Shown one piece after another: positions 1 to 9,637 of a stretch of 64,000 bases of DNA. The stretch is taken from the NCBI GenBank assembly GCA_963663165.1, contig OY760175.1:5792001-5856000 (forward strand). The letters are read 5' to 3'. How positions within the stretch are numbered: the stretch's first letter is position 1; every line of letters starts with the position of its first letter. This DNA comes from an uncultured Desulfospira sp. (GTDB lineage Bacteria > Desulfobacterota > Desulfobacteria > Desulfobacterales > Desulfobacteraceae). The notes under the pieces were generated by a model. That model saw only the letters and a program-made list of their open reading frames with translations, was not told where the DNA came from and ran no database searches. A program made the translations under genes and the position numbers.

Positions 1-555
1 ACGGGCCTGTTTTCCGATCACCGGAATACCCGGATGATGGTTAGGGACCTTTCAAAGGGTAAGGCTGTCCTGAACCTTTACTGTTACACGGGCGCATTTA
101 CCTGTTACGCCGTTAAAGGGGGCGCGGTACGGACCGTGTCCGTGGACCGGTCTAAAACAGCGGTCAAATGGGTGAAACAGAATCTTGAACTCAACGGTCT
201 TTCCGGCCCGGAACACCGGGTCATCCAGAAAGATACCCTGGACTTTCTGGCCCGGGCCGGCAATGAATTCTCCAATTTTGACCTGGCCGTGGTGGACCCG
301 CCGTCCTATTCCACCACAAGGACAGCGGGAAAGCACTTTGACATTGCCCGGGACCACGTGGATATGCTCAACCTTGCGTTTCAACGAATGAAACCCGGCG
401 GCCTGGTCTTTTTCTCCACCAACCACCAGAGTTTTGAGTTAAAGGAAAACCAACTCAAGGCATCTCAATTTGAAGAGATTACCGACACCACCATTCCCGA
501 AGACTATGTGAGCAATAGAAAAAAGATCCACCGCTGCTGGCGGATTGTGGTGTGA
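1..555 (+). CDS. Class I SAM-dependent methyltransferase, RlmI/RlmK-like (5'-truncated by window edge)
   Basis: Frame is open from base 1 (TGLFSDHRNTR, the TGLFxDxR motif); VLNLYCYTGAF SAM-binding motif; VVDPPSY motif. Confidence 0.85.
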   Translation, partial: TGLFSDHRNTRMMVRDLSKGKAVLNLYCYTGAFTCYAVKGGAVRTVSVDRSKTAVKWVKQNLELNGLSGPEHRVIQKDTLDFLARAGNEFSNFDLAVVDPPSYSTTRTAGKHFDIARDHVDMLNLAFQRMKPGGLVFFSTNHQSFELKENQLKASQFEEITDTTIPEDYVSNRKKIHRCWRIVV

Positions 556-724
556 GTATACCGGATGATCCGGCAAAATGTATGATTTCCTGTGCCCGGG
601 CCTGGGGAGATGGGGACCCCCTTAACCCATTAACTTAATATCGGCATTTCAGGTCTACGCATTCCGGTCTCCAGTCTTTCGGCTTCCAGTCTCCTTTCAG
701 TTTCATTGTGCTTGCTTTAGGGCG

Positions 725-828
725 GCACAGCTGATAAACATCAATTATAACTGTTCAGCAGTGCCCCACCTTCACTCATTTAAGACCTTCCCACGTAGCA
801 CAGCACAGCTGATAAACATCAAGTTATA
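725..828. repeat. Duplicated ~25-bp motif upstream of the secreted protein gene
   Basis: gcacagctgataaacatcaa-ttata at 725-749 and gcacagctgataaacatcaagttata at 803-828. Confidence 0.8.
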
Positions 829-896
829 CATTGTGAGTTGGGGCGTTATGAACTCTAAAATCGGAGTCTTAGCCTTAAAAAAAAGGGGGAACGATT

Positions 897-3044
897 ATGG
901 TGAAGTTATGCACCGCTTTCTGGCTGGTGGTACTGGCCTGTCTTTGGGGTCCCGGGGTGTTAACGGCCATGGCCGATGATCCGGATATTGACGTGACTTA
1001 TATTGAAAGGCTGCCCAGATACGATTATGATGCAGATAAAAATAATCCCGAGCCGGGCGACACCGTCACCTTTAACGGGCATATCCGGTATTGGGGCCAT
1101 GAATCGCTTTCCGGGGCGGATTATGCCTGGTACCTGGATGATGATTTGGTGTATAGCGGCACCCTGACTGGTATGAGTGCAGGAGAGGAGCAAATCGTCA
1201 CTTATGAATGGACCTGGGAATCCGGCAGCCACCGGATCAAACTGATGGTTGATCCTGAGGACAAGCTTGACGAGGCAAGCGAAACCAACAATTCGGTAGA
1301 AGATCTGACCAATGCCCTGAGTGTCGGATTCTGGGTTGAACAGACGGTTTATGATTACTTTCACCAGTATCAAAAAGAGCTTGGGGACGGGGCCAACTCC
1401 TGGGAGGATTGGGCCCGGCGGCAGATTGCCCGGTGGAACCTCATGTGTGAAGAGGCAGTTTGGCCCACGTCTCCAAATGGTGTGATCGACCGTTTCCGGC
1501 TTGATAAAGTCGTGATCGTATCGGACGGTGCCCTGCCGCTGTCCTGGGGGGGGCTTGCGACCAACTATCCCAATGCCGACGACAAGACCGTGGACCTCAT
1601 GTGGGGTTTTCCTGCGACCTCGGACATGACCGACTTTTACGGCGATCACACATCCACTGAGGATGACAACGCCTTTTATATAGAAAAGTCCCTGCTTCAT
1701 GAACTCGGGCATGCCCGCTACCTGATCGATAATTACGGGTTTGATGTCCACAATACGTCAAGCCACCACGCGGTTCAGATTTATGAAGGCGATACCTATG
1801 TGGCCGGCAGCCATTATATGCCCTTTCTGGCATACGATGAGGTCCTGTATTACAACACCAGCGGCGGCGTTATGGAAGGGCCTTACGATTTTGCCTGGTC
1901 ACCCTATGAAGCGGCCGCGCTCAACCTCATTGCCGGCCGGCGGGCCACCTGCGGAAATTATAACGCCCCTTGCAATATCGGCGTGTTTTTGCAGGATCTG
2001 CCCGGAAACAATCACATCCTCATTGTGGACAAGGCCGGGGAGCCCATGCCGTTTGCCGGTGTGACCGTTTATAATGTTGAAAGCGGCTCAGGCTGGTACG
2101 GTAAAACCATTGACAATATACCGGATCAAACCTATACCGCCGATGCCGACGGGTACATTCACCTGCCCCGCAACCCCTTTAACCCCGGTGGGGACATCAT
2201 CCATGGCTATGGGCATGCCAATGGGACCATGATTCTGCGCATCGAATATGAAGATCATGTCTGGTACCGCTTCCAGGAAGTCACGGACTACAACATGGAA
2301 TACTGGAAGGGCAACACCGAGGATGCTTATTATACCGTTGCAACGGACCTGGTGCCCGAACAGGCCTGCCCGCCGGCCGACATGGCTGAAAATAATGCCC
2401 AGGACTGGGAAGGATGGGCTCAAGAGCCCATTGACTGGGACTCCTACTTTGAAAACGATACAACCCTTACGGTCTCAGGCGATGCTTCGGTTAAATTCGT
2501 TACCGATGGGGGATGGGAGACTTACCTGCGGTACCCCGGTGCCTATGAGGCCCATTGGGACCTGAGCGGTTGTGATTATCTTTATATCAGCTTTTACGCC
2601 GAAAATCCCAGCGACTATAATTTTCAGGAGGGTCCGAAAGTCCGCCTGGTGGACCAGGACGGGAATTATTATGAATACAATTTCTATGACAACGGGAACG
2701 TACAGACCCTGCTCAATGATGCGGTAGGCCAGTGGATCCACCTTGAAATTCCGCTGGATGCCCCTGAAAGTCGGGAATACGGCTGGGGCCGCAGCGCCAA
2801 AGGCACCCCCGATCTCACCGACATCCGCTATCTGGAGATCCATGCCGATACCTGGGACAGCGGCTTTATCCTGTGGGTTGATCAGGTCTATTTTGATCCA
2901 GCGCCGCCCTGCTGCCAGAGCGACCTGGACGGTGACGGTGACGTAGACGGCAAAGACCTGCAAATGCTTACGGCAGATCTTTCCAAAGTGACTTTGTCTG
3001 TGTTTGCACAAGAATTCGGAACTGAAGCCTGTTCAGGGCTTTAA
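897..3044 (+). CDS. Secreted multidomain protein: CARDB-like Ig domain, HExxH zinc-metallopeptidase-like domain, possible carbohydrate-binding domain, C-terminal dockerin/EF-hand-like motif
   Basis: Hydrophobic signal peptide ending AMA; DPEDKLDEASETNN CARDB-type end; LLHELGHARY; CQSDLDGDGDVDGKDL; RBS aggggg. Confidence 0.7.
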   Translation: MVKLCTAFWLVVLACLWGPGVLTAMADDPDIDVTYIERLPRYDYDADKNNPEPGDTVTFNGHIRYWGHESLSGADYAWYLDDDLVYSGTLTGMSAGEEQIVTYEWTWESGSHRIKLMVDPEDKLDEASETNNSVEDLTNALSVGFWVEQTVYDYFHQYQKELGDGANSWEDWARRQIARWNLMCEEAVWPTSPNGVIDRFRLDKVVIVSDGALPLSWGGLATNYPNADDKTVDLMWGFPATSDMTDFYGDHTSTEDDNAFYIEKSLLHELGHARYLIDNYGFDVHNTSSHHAVQIYEGDTYVAGSHYMPFLAYDEVLYYNTSGGVMEGPYDFAWSPYEAAALNLIAGRRATCGNYNAPCNIGVFLQDLPGNNHILIVDKAGEPMPFAGVTVYNVESGSGWYGKTIDNIPDQTYTADADGYIHLPRNPFNPGGDIIHGYGHANGTMILRIEYEDHVWYRFQEVTDYNMEYWKGNTEDAYYTVATDLVPEQACPPADMAENNAQDWEGWAQEPIDWDSYFENDTTLTVSGDASVKFVTDGGWETYLRYPGAYEAHWDLSGCDYLYISFYAENPSDYNFQEGPKVRLVDQDGNYYEYNFYDNGNVQTLLNDAVGQWIHLEIPLDAPESREYGWGRSAKGTPDLTDIRYLEIHADTWDSGFILWVDQVYFDPAPPCCQSDLDGDGDVDGKDLQMLTADLSKVTLSVFAQEFGTEACSGL

Positions 3045-3073
3045 GAGAATTTTGGGGACGTTATTTGATTTTA

Positions 3074-3295
3074 TATAACGGCCACGGGCCGTCTTGGTTA
3101 TCCAACCAAGCACCGCCCACAACAAATATTGAAAGTCTTCTCAGGACCTTAGTGAGACTTTCTTATAAACGGCCACGGGCCACAAGCCCACAACGAATAA
3201 TGAAACTGAAGATACCAGCAACGGTAGACTATAAATTGGGCACCGCAGGTGCTTCGCCCTCTTGTCTCTTGTTTCTTGTCTCCAGTTTCTTATAA
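3074..3295 (-). repeat. Two-hairpin repeat array, units D (3164-3295) and B (3074-3167), reverse orientation
   Basis: Reverse complement matches units at 23544, 37605 and 57109; 3186-3295 is the reverse complement of 37604-37713. Confidence 0.9.
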
Positions 3296-3507
3296 ATTAG
3301 ATATCGTCCCCGGATTTTCAGCGGTTATCAGACGGCTTTGCCGGTGTTTTCAAGAATTTGCCGGTCTTTTGTCAGCAATTGGTTTTGGCTTACTGCGGCG
3401 GCCTGTCCCTTAACGGTGTTAAACTCCTTAGTGCCTGGTTATTTTTCCACCAGACACAGAATTTTCGTTCAGACACAAATTATGGTGTGACAGGTGAAGG
3501 GGGCTGT

Positions 3508-3789
3508 TTAGTATGGCCTTCTCCTGAAAGACTTCTTTTTTTTCTTTCCCCCGGAATCGGCGTGGTTCACCTTGATGGGCTTTTTATCCACCACGTTGCC
3601 ATTCAATGCCTTGATGGCCTTATCCGCTTCAGAATTGCTCGGCATTTCCACAAAAGCAAATCCTTTTGGGTATCCTTTAAACCGGTCCTTTATAATTTTA
3701 ACACTTTTCACTTCGCCAAAGGCTTCAAACATCTGTCTGAGTGTATCTTCCGTCGTCTGTACCGTTAGATTGCCAACATAGATATTCAT
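3508..3789 (-). CDS. RNA-binding protein (RRM domain)
   Basis: RNP2 NIYVGNL and RNP1 KGFAFVEM motifs, basic tail. Confidence 0.95.
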   Translation of the reverse strand: MNIYVGNLTVQTTEDTLRQMFEAFGEVKSVKIIKDRFKGYPKGFAFVEMPSNSEADKAIKALNGNVVDKKPIKVNHADSGGKKKKKSFRRRPY

Positions 3790-3847
3790 TTGTTTGTCCT
3801 TTTCATGTGAAAGTCTTGCATTTTTTAAGTCACAGCGTTACAGCCGT

Positions 3848-4972
3848 TTAAGCGGGAAGTAACGACTCCTGGGTCATCTTTTTTCCAATTGCTTTTTCAA
3901 TTAAGGCAATGGTTTTATTGTCCGCCATGGTTGCAAAGGTATAGGCCTGGCCTGACTGGTTGGCCCTGCCGGTTCGGCCGGTTCTGTGAATATAGGTTTC
4001 AACCGTATCGGGCAGATCATAGTTGATCACATGGGAAACCCCGGATACATCAATTCCCCTGGCAGCGATATCCGTTGCCACCAGAATTTTAAAAGCGCCG
4101 TTTCGAAACCCCGTCATTGCCCTTTGCCGCTGGTTCTGGGATAAATTCCCCTGCAAAGAGACCGCGTTGAATCCTGATTTTTTTAATTGAACGGCAAGGC
4201 TTTTGGCCTTGTGTTTGGTTCGGGTAAACACAATGGTGCTGGCCATGCCGTTTTTGGCAAACAGCGTCTTGAGCAGGGCCGTCCGGTTTTCTTTTTGGAC
4301 ATTAAACCGGCCGTGGGCGATGCGGGGTGCCGGCTGTGTGTGGTTGACCTGAACCTTAACGGGGTGGTGTAAAATGTCCTGAACCAGATTTTCGATCATT
4401 TTTGGCATGGTCGCAGAGAAAACCAGGGACTGGCGGTTTTGGGGAAGGACCCGGATAATCCGCTTGATGTCGGGCAAAAATCCCATATCAAGCATCTGAT
4501 CCGCCTCGTCCAGAACCAGAATTTTGATCCCTTTAAGCGTGATGGCCTTTTCATTCATAAGATCGAGCAGCCGCCCCGGGCATGCCACAATGATATCCAC
4601 GCCTTTTTTAAGGGCATTTATCTGAAGGTGTTTTCCAACCCCGCCGTAAACGGCCACACTTTTAACAGAGGTGTGACGGGCCATCATTTTAATACTTTCA
4701 TGAATCTGCTCGGCCAGTTCCCGGGTGGGGGCCATGACCAAGGCTGACGGTGATCCCGAAGTTTCGGTAGAAGATCTTTTGAGCAGGTCCTGGAGAATGG
4801 GCAGTACAAAGGCAACGGTCTTTCCGGTGCCGGTCTGGGCCAGGCCAAGGATATCTTTCCCGTCAAGAATGGGGGGGATGGCTTTTTGCTGGATGGGACT
4901 TGGGCGGGTGTAGCCCGCATCGTGAATGCCTGACTGGATGTCAGGGTGAAAATTAAACTGGGTAAAATGCAT
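3848..4972 (-). CDS. rhlE: DEAD-box RNA helicase (RhlE-like, short C-terminus)
   Basis: Q motif, AQTGTGKT, PTRELA, DEAD, SAT, ARGID, HRTGRTGR. Confidence 0.9.
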   Translation of the reverse strand: MHFTQFNFHPDIQSGIHDAGYTRPSPIQQKAIPPILDGKDILGLAQTGTGKTVAFVLPILQDLLKRSSTETSGSPSALVMAPTRELAEQIHESIKMMARHTSVKSVAVYGGVGKHLQINALKKGVDIIVACPGRLLDLMNEKAITLKGIKILVLDEADQMLDMGFLPDIKRIIRVLPQNRQSLVFSATMPKMIENLVQDILHHPVKVQVNHTQPAPRIAHGRFNVQKENRTALLKTLFAKNGMASTIVFTRTKHKAKSLAVQLKKSGFNAVSLQGNLSQNQRQRAMTGFRNGAFKILVATDIAARGIDVSGVSHVINYDLPDTVETYIHRTGRTGRANQSGQAYTFATMADNKTIALIEKAIGKKMTQESLLPA

Positions 4973-5058
4973 TAAAGCTCCTGAAAGCAGACTTTTTTAG
5001 TCCAAGCTGGACTGACCGCATGTGTTTTGAAGGTGTATGGTCTGCTTATAATTTTGTT

Positions 5059-5098
5059 AAAATAAAAAGCCCCTGAGAACAGAATCCTCAGGGGCTTT
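5059..5098 (-). terminator. Intrinsic terminator downstream of the cold-shock gene
   Basis: Minus strand: aaagcccctgag-loop-ctcaggggcttt followed by a T-rich run. Confidence 0.75.
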
Positions 5099-5109
5099 AT
5101 TGACTGTTC

Positions 5110-5200
5110 ATATGAAAGGCACCGCAACGTTCCGGCATTCTTTCATGTTGGTTGCGGGCAGGCCTGAAAATAAAGGTCAGGCTGGCCCATGGACCGTATA
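5110..5200 (+). repeat. Diverged single two-hairpin unit (type E)
   Basis: atatgaaag..ctttcatgttggttgcgggc..gcccatggaccgtata keeps the family linkers with different hairpin interiors. Confidence 0.7.
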
Positions 5201-5215
5201 AGAAAAAGTGGTTTC

Positions 5216-5419
5216 CTACAGCACGGTGACATTTGCAGCAGACGGCCCTTTGGGGCCCTGCTCGATTTCAAAAGTGACTTGATCACCTTCGTTCAATGAC
5301 TTGAATCCTTGTGCGTTAATGCCGGAATGATGGACAAAAACATCTTTGCCGCCATCTTCTACTTCGATAAATCCAAAACCTTTAGCCTCGTTGAACCACT
5401 TTACAGTACCTTTTGCCAT
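5216..5419 (-). CDS. Cold-shock protein (CspA family)
   Basis: GTVKWFN, KGFGFI, DVFVH motifs; 67 aa; RBS aggag. Confidence 0.97.
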   Translation of the reverse strand: MAKGTVKWFNEAKGFGFIEVEDGGKDVFVHHSGINAQGFKSLNEGDQVTFEIEQGPKGPSAANVTVL

Positions 5420-5602
5420 ATTGGCATTCTCCTAAATAAAAAAATAAAAATTTGCTTCTAACTTTGGGGAGTACCCGCATAAATGGGGATTACACCTTTG
5501 GGAAGGAACATAAGTACATACAAAATGCACATCCTTCGTATAATACCGGAAAAATAAAGAATGTCAAGAACATTGATCTGCAGGGTCAGGGTAACCGCAG
5601 AA

Positions 5603-5820
5603 TCCGGCATGATATTTGGGTGTGGTTGGTGAATTTTATAATGTAAAAAAAGGAAACCGGAGAAAAGGAGACGGGAGACCGGATGAGGCGGTGTTGTTGG
5701 GTCGGCCGTAGGGGCGATTCATGAATCGCCCCTACACCGTCATCACATGTAATGTGAAAATCCAAGATTCAATTTTATTGGAGATGCAGTGTTCCATTTC
5801 AAATGCCGGTACCCTGGAAA
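5603..5820. repeat. Composite dispersed element containing REP-like palindrome gtaggggcgattcatgaatcgcccctac (5708-5735)
   Basis: Colinear with 29592-29958; 28-bp perfect palindrome with GTAG end. Confidence 0.8.
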
Positions 5821-5825
5821 ATTGA

Positions 5826-6992
5826 TCATTTGGGCGGGGGAATTATTTTTTCAAATATTTCGTCTGCCACGCTGATGACATCCATAGATGGATCATAACC
5901 GATCGCTTTGGCGGTTTCCAGGTTAATGGCGATTTTGGAGGGCGCCTCAAACAGCTGGTCAATGTCCCTGGGTTTGGCCCCGTTGAAAATCTTGGCCATG
6001 GTATCGGCATAAAACCGTCCCACATATTGAAAATTGGCCCTGGAAATGCTCATTAAAAATCCGTATTTCACCTGTTCGGAATGGGACTGGGTAAAGGTGG
6101 GGATTTTGCATTCATTGGCAATGTTTACCAATTCCGGAATACTGTTGGCATGGACACCGTTCTGGGCGGTGACATAAATGGCATCTGCGGTTTTGCAAAG
6201 GGTCTTAAAGCATGTTTGAACACTTTCTTCATCTTTTTTGATATCACCACTTTCGTCTGTGGTAAAACAGGGCACAATTTGGAAACCGGTTTCAGCGGCC
6301 ACTTTTTTTACGCTGTCAAGGGCGGCGTAACTGCGGCCCTGCTCGGTGTCCTGGTAGGCGATGCCAAGTCTGTCAAATCCCACAAAGTGGTGAAATACCC
6401 GGATTTGCCGTTCGTGGCGATAGGGATCTACCCGGGCATGGACGTGGTCGTAGCCTGAATCTTCCACACTCTTGATGATCCCTGCGGCTAAGGGGTCTGT
6501 GGTTGAAATGACAAGGGTGGGGACATGATGGTCGTTTGTAGCTAAGCTTAACCCGGCCCGGGTGCCGGCCGCAATGATCAGGTCAATATCCTTTTGGTTG
6601 TTCAGCCGGGCAATGATCTGAGGGGCCATTTTTGCGATAACGGCTTTGTCCCAGTTTCCGGTATAATGGCCGTCGGCAACGAATTCAATATATTGGCTTT
6701 GGGTGTCGGCGCAAAGCCATTTCCACAGGCCGGCGGTCTGCTCACCGGTCTGCTCCGGGATGGTGGCTCTTTCCATCCACCCCATATCCATCAATGCCCT
6801 GATAATCCCCAGAAAGTTGAGCTGGTAATTGATATAATCCCCCCCTTCAAAATACCCGATCCGCCATTTTTTGCCGTTATGGGTGACCGGGGCGGTGGAA
6901 AAATCCCCTTTGTCGGCCGCCAGGGCCAGGGCGCAGCCTAACAGGGAAAAAAGAAGCAGGGTTGACGCTGTGATCTTATGAAACATTTTCAT
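5826..6992 (-). CDS. ABC-type substrate-binding protein (ABC_sub_bind-like)
   Basis: Signal peptide; TDPLAAGII and C-terminal IAINLETAKAIG motifs. Confidence 0.8.
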   Translation of the reverse strand: MKMFHKITASTLLLFSLLGCALALAADKGDFSTAPVTHNGKKWRIGYFEGGDYINYQLNFLGIIRALMDMGWMERATIPEQTGEQTAGLWKWLCADTQSQYIEFVADGHYTGNWDKAVIAKMAPQIIARLNNQKDIDLIIAAGTRAGLSLATNDHHVPTLVISTTDPLAAGIIKSVEDSGYDHVHARVDPYRHERQIRVFHHFVGFDRLGIAYQDTEQGRSYAALDSVKKVAAETGFQIVPCFTTDESGDIKKDEESVQTCFKTLCKTADAIYVTAQNGVHANSIPELVNIANECKIPTFTQSHSEQVKYGFLMSISRANFQYVGRFYADTMAKIFNGAKPRDIDQLFEAPSKIAINLETAKAIGYDPSMDVISVADEIFEKIIPPPK

Positions 6993-7044
6993 CAGTGATG
7001 TTCCTTTTGCTAAATTGCCGTTGTCCCTACGTTAAAACGGCTGA

Positions 7045-8490
7045 TCAGAAAGAAATCGAAGTTTTCAGCTGGTACAGTATCCAGTGCTTTTCCAGCTCAT
7101 CATCCTGCTGAAAGCTGTATCCGGTGCCAAAGCCCTCATTGAAGTTTACCCCGGCTTTGATGATCCAGTAATCATTGATATCAAACCGGGCATTGAACGA
7201 CAGGGTATTCTGGTAGCCGTACAATCCGATGGGGACTCCGCTGGCGTTGAGGGTCTCGCCTTTTTTGTCATTTTGATCGGTCCAGTATTCAGAGTAGGAT
7301 GCCTCAGCAGCAAACCAGTCGGTAAATCGATAACTGCCAAGGACGTACCATCCGGCCGGTTTGATCTCATCCATTTGCTGGTCGTAAAGGGTGGTGTCCC
7401 CGCTGTGGAGACTGTAGTGATAGCTGAGCCTGGCGACTCTGTATTCCGCAGCCAGGACCAGATTTCCCCATGTGTATTCAACGCCTGCAGCGATGTTGCT
7501 GAAGCTCTTGTCCATGACGCTGGCCGAAGGGGTGATGGTGTTGCCGGATCCGGGCGGGAACTCAATGGTTTTGGCCCCATTGATCTCAAGCTTGCCAACC
7601 TGGTAATTGAGGTTGAGATTCAGCCCCTCAAGCGGGGTCTGCCATGTCAGGGCACCGGCCAGAACATCGTCTATCCGCACCGTTGTAATGGAGTCTTCAT
7701 CCATAAGTCCGGTGGTGGAAAAGGCCATGGCAATCTCTCCATCGGAATCGGCGTCATTACCGCCGTAAAGAAGGCTGTAACTCAAGGTGCCGAGCATGTT
7801 TAAATCCAGGGTGCCGTATAAGGAAACCCCCAGTAAATCATTGGTCATCTCCCGGATATTTTCGCTGTAGAACCCCTGGGGCAGCAGCACTCCGATACGG
7901 GCGGAATCAATATCCCGGCTCTCATTGTAAAGCCCGAAAGGGATTTTAAGGATACCGGCCCGGAACCCGAGTTCATCCTGCCAGGTATAATCCATATTTG
8001 CCCAGTCAACACGGATCTCATTGTTGACAAAATCTCCCATATCCCGGGACATGAGCTGAATGCCCGCCCGCAGTCTGTCGGTCAGGCTGGATGAAAAGTT
8101 TACGGTAAACTCATTGTAATCCAGCATCCCGTCACTGGAGTCCCCAGACCAGTTGTTGTGGTCTGAATATAAAAATCCCTGGGCCAGGGACGCATGGATT
8201 TCAACCCGGTCCATGACGCGTTCGTCCCGGGCTTTCATTGCCGCTACCTCTGTATGGACGAGTTCCCGGACACCCTCGCCGCCCAGATGTTTGCCGGGAT
8301 CCGACAGCTGCTCCTTGAGCCGGGAAACCTCCTTTTGCAGGTCCTGGATCATCCGGTACAGATCCTGTTTTGTCATCTGGTCTGTTTTATCTTTGGTGTC
8401 ATTACCGGTATCCCCGGAAAAGGCCGGGCCTGCAACGAACAACGAGGTCAGAATTAAACATACCACCCCACGGATGAACCGCTTCTTCAT
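7045..8490 (-). CDS. Putative outer-membrane beta-barrel (porin-like) protein with N-terminal coiled coil
   Basis: Signal peptide, coiled-coil segment, RAGILKIPFGLYNESRD motif, terminal Phe. Confidence 0.7.
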   Translation of the reverse strand: MKKRFIRGVVCLILTSLFVAGPAFSGDTGNDTKDKTDQMTKQDLYRMIQDLQKEVSRLKEQLSDPGKHLGGEGVRELVHTEVAAMKARDERVMDRVEIHASLAQGFLYSDHNNWSGDSSDGMLDYNEFTVNFSSSLTDRLRAGIQLMSRDMGDFVNNEIRVDWANMDYTWQDELGFRAGILKIPFGLYNESRDIDSARIGVLLPQGFYSENIREMTNDLLGVSLYGTLDLNMLGTLSYSLLYGGNDADSDGEIAMAFSTTGLMDEDSITTVRIDDVLAGALTWQTPLEGLNLNLNYQVGKLEINGAKTIEFPPGSGNTITPSASVMDKSFSNIAAGVEYTWGNLVLAAEYRVARLSYHYSLHSGDTTLYDQQMDEIKPAGWYVLGSYRFTDWFAAEASYSEYWTDQNDKKGETLNASGVPIGLYGYQNTLSFNARFDINDYWIIKAGVNFNEGFGTGYSFQQDDELEKHWILYQLKTSISF

Positions 8491-8527
8491 TTTTCCCTCA
8501 CTTTTTTTATATATCGGACAGGGCTGT

Positions 8528-8944
8528 TCATTGAATGTGTATTATCTTTACATTTACGGTATCCGCAGCTTCGGCGACGTAACCGATGGCTCCCGGGGTG
8601 TTGGCCACATAGGAGATCATGGCCTTGTCGTTGGCCACACGCTTGGGGGCCTGGCCCCTGCCGGTGAAGATCAGCTTTTTGTAATAGCTTCTAAATTGCG
8701 AAGATGACTTTTTCACAAAGTTTCTCAAAAATGCGTCATGGATGGTATCGTCTTCCTGGATCACCAGTTTAACGGCACCGCCTTCAAGCGTTTTTTTCTT
8801 GCTCAAGAAAATTTTTTTGATATCATTCTGACTGAGTGAATTTTCCTTCACGCTTGGGTTGGCTATGATTGTGACATCGCCGGCGAGGCAGGCCCCCGAG
8901 GAGCAAACCAATGACAGCAATGTCAGCCAGAAGATAATTTTCAT
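8528..8944 (-). CDS. Small periplasmic protein (PstS-like fold, usually paired with such porins)
   Basis: Signal peptide; IIANPS, IFTGRGQAP, VANTPGAIGYV motifs. Confidence 0.75.
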   Translation of the reverse strand: MKIIFWLTLLSLVCSSGACLAGDVTIIANPSVKENSLSQNDIKKIFLSKKKTLEGGAVKLVIQEDDTIHDAFLRNFVKKSSSQFRSYYKKLIFTGRGQAPKRVANDKAMISYVANTPGAIGYVAEAADTVNVKIIHIQ

Positions 8945-9143
8945 CTCTCTTCCTCAAGATGACAGTTGAATTTGTAAACCACGATGCTGATCCGGCTTTT
9001 GAACGTGTTGGCCATATGATCAAGCGGTTTTTAAAAACAGCACATCATAGAAAATGAAAATCCCTGGGCCGAAAGATAGAAAAGTTTAAGATTTAATCTG
9101 CTGTTAGATGAAGTGTATGGCCAATAACATTATGGATTAAAAT

Positions 9144-9203
9144 AATTTAAATGGGTTTGATTCGTCAAGAAAAAATTTAAATGAGTCTGATTCGTCGAGA
9201 AAA
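9144..9203. repeat. 30-bp tandem duplication (3 mismatches) in divergent promoter region
   Basis: aatttaaatgggtttgattcgtcaagaaaa then aatttaaatgagtctgattcgtcgagaaaa. Confidence 0.85.
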
Positions 9204-9637
9204 AATGTGAAAATTGTTTCGTAAAGATGGCTTAGCAAATCTTTGTGCATCTCAAGATGTTAGTGAGACTTTCGTATAAAAAATTGAAGGAAATTGAGGA
9301 CAGCAGACAGCTGGCCGGAATGCGTAAACCCGAGGGCGTCGCAATATCCGGTCTCCGGGTTTCCTTCTTCCGGTCTCCATTCTTTTCTTTTCTAACCGCC
9401 TTTTTTATTTTATAATCGATTCAAATTGATCAGCATGTTCCCAAGAATGAATTAATATATAACAGGCATGTCCTGACGAACATGACAAATCATGAAAGCC
9501 GTGAAGGTCACCGAAACGGCAGCTCTGACGGCCTTCAGCCTAAACACCTTCAGTCTTTCATAAAAAACAGAATAAACGAATCATTCGCAAGTCGGAACCA
9601 TTTTCAAAAATACTCTTTTTGCCCGAAGGAAGAGACA

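Noticed and set aside
3065..3295. Small ORFs over repeat elements (also 23389-23736, 29510-29785, 35024-35438, 38369-38605, 40793-41246, 59104-59286)
   Set aside because: Their peptide similarity to each other comes from the DNA repeats. Frames and starts are not conserved between copies.
3329..3364. c-di-GMP-I riboswitch-like GGCAAA..GAAA..GCAAAGCC on the minus strand
   Set aside because: The P2 stem around GAAA cannot pair, and the site is downstream of a gene rather than in a leader.
9482..9637. N-terminal extensions in the ORF track (9482, 17387, 35937, 38717, 42306, 46725, 46973, 53715)
   Set aside because: They run through repeats, promoter-like sequence or RBS motifs. Downstream starts have better RBS context or match family N-termini.
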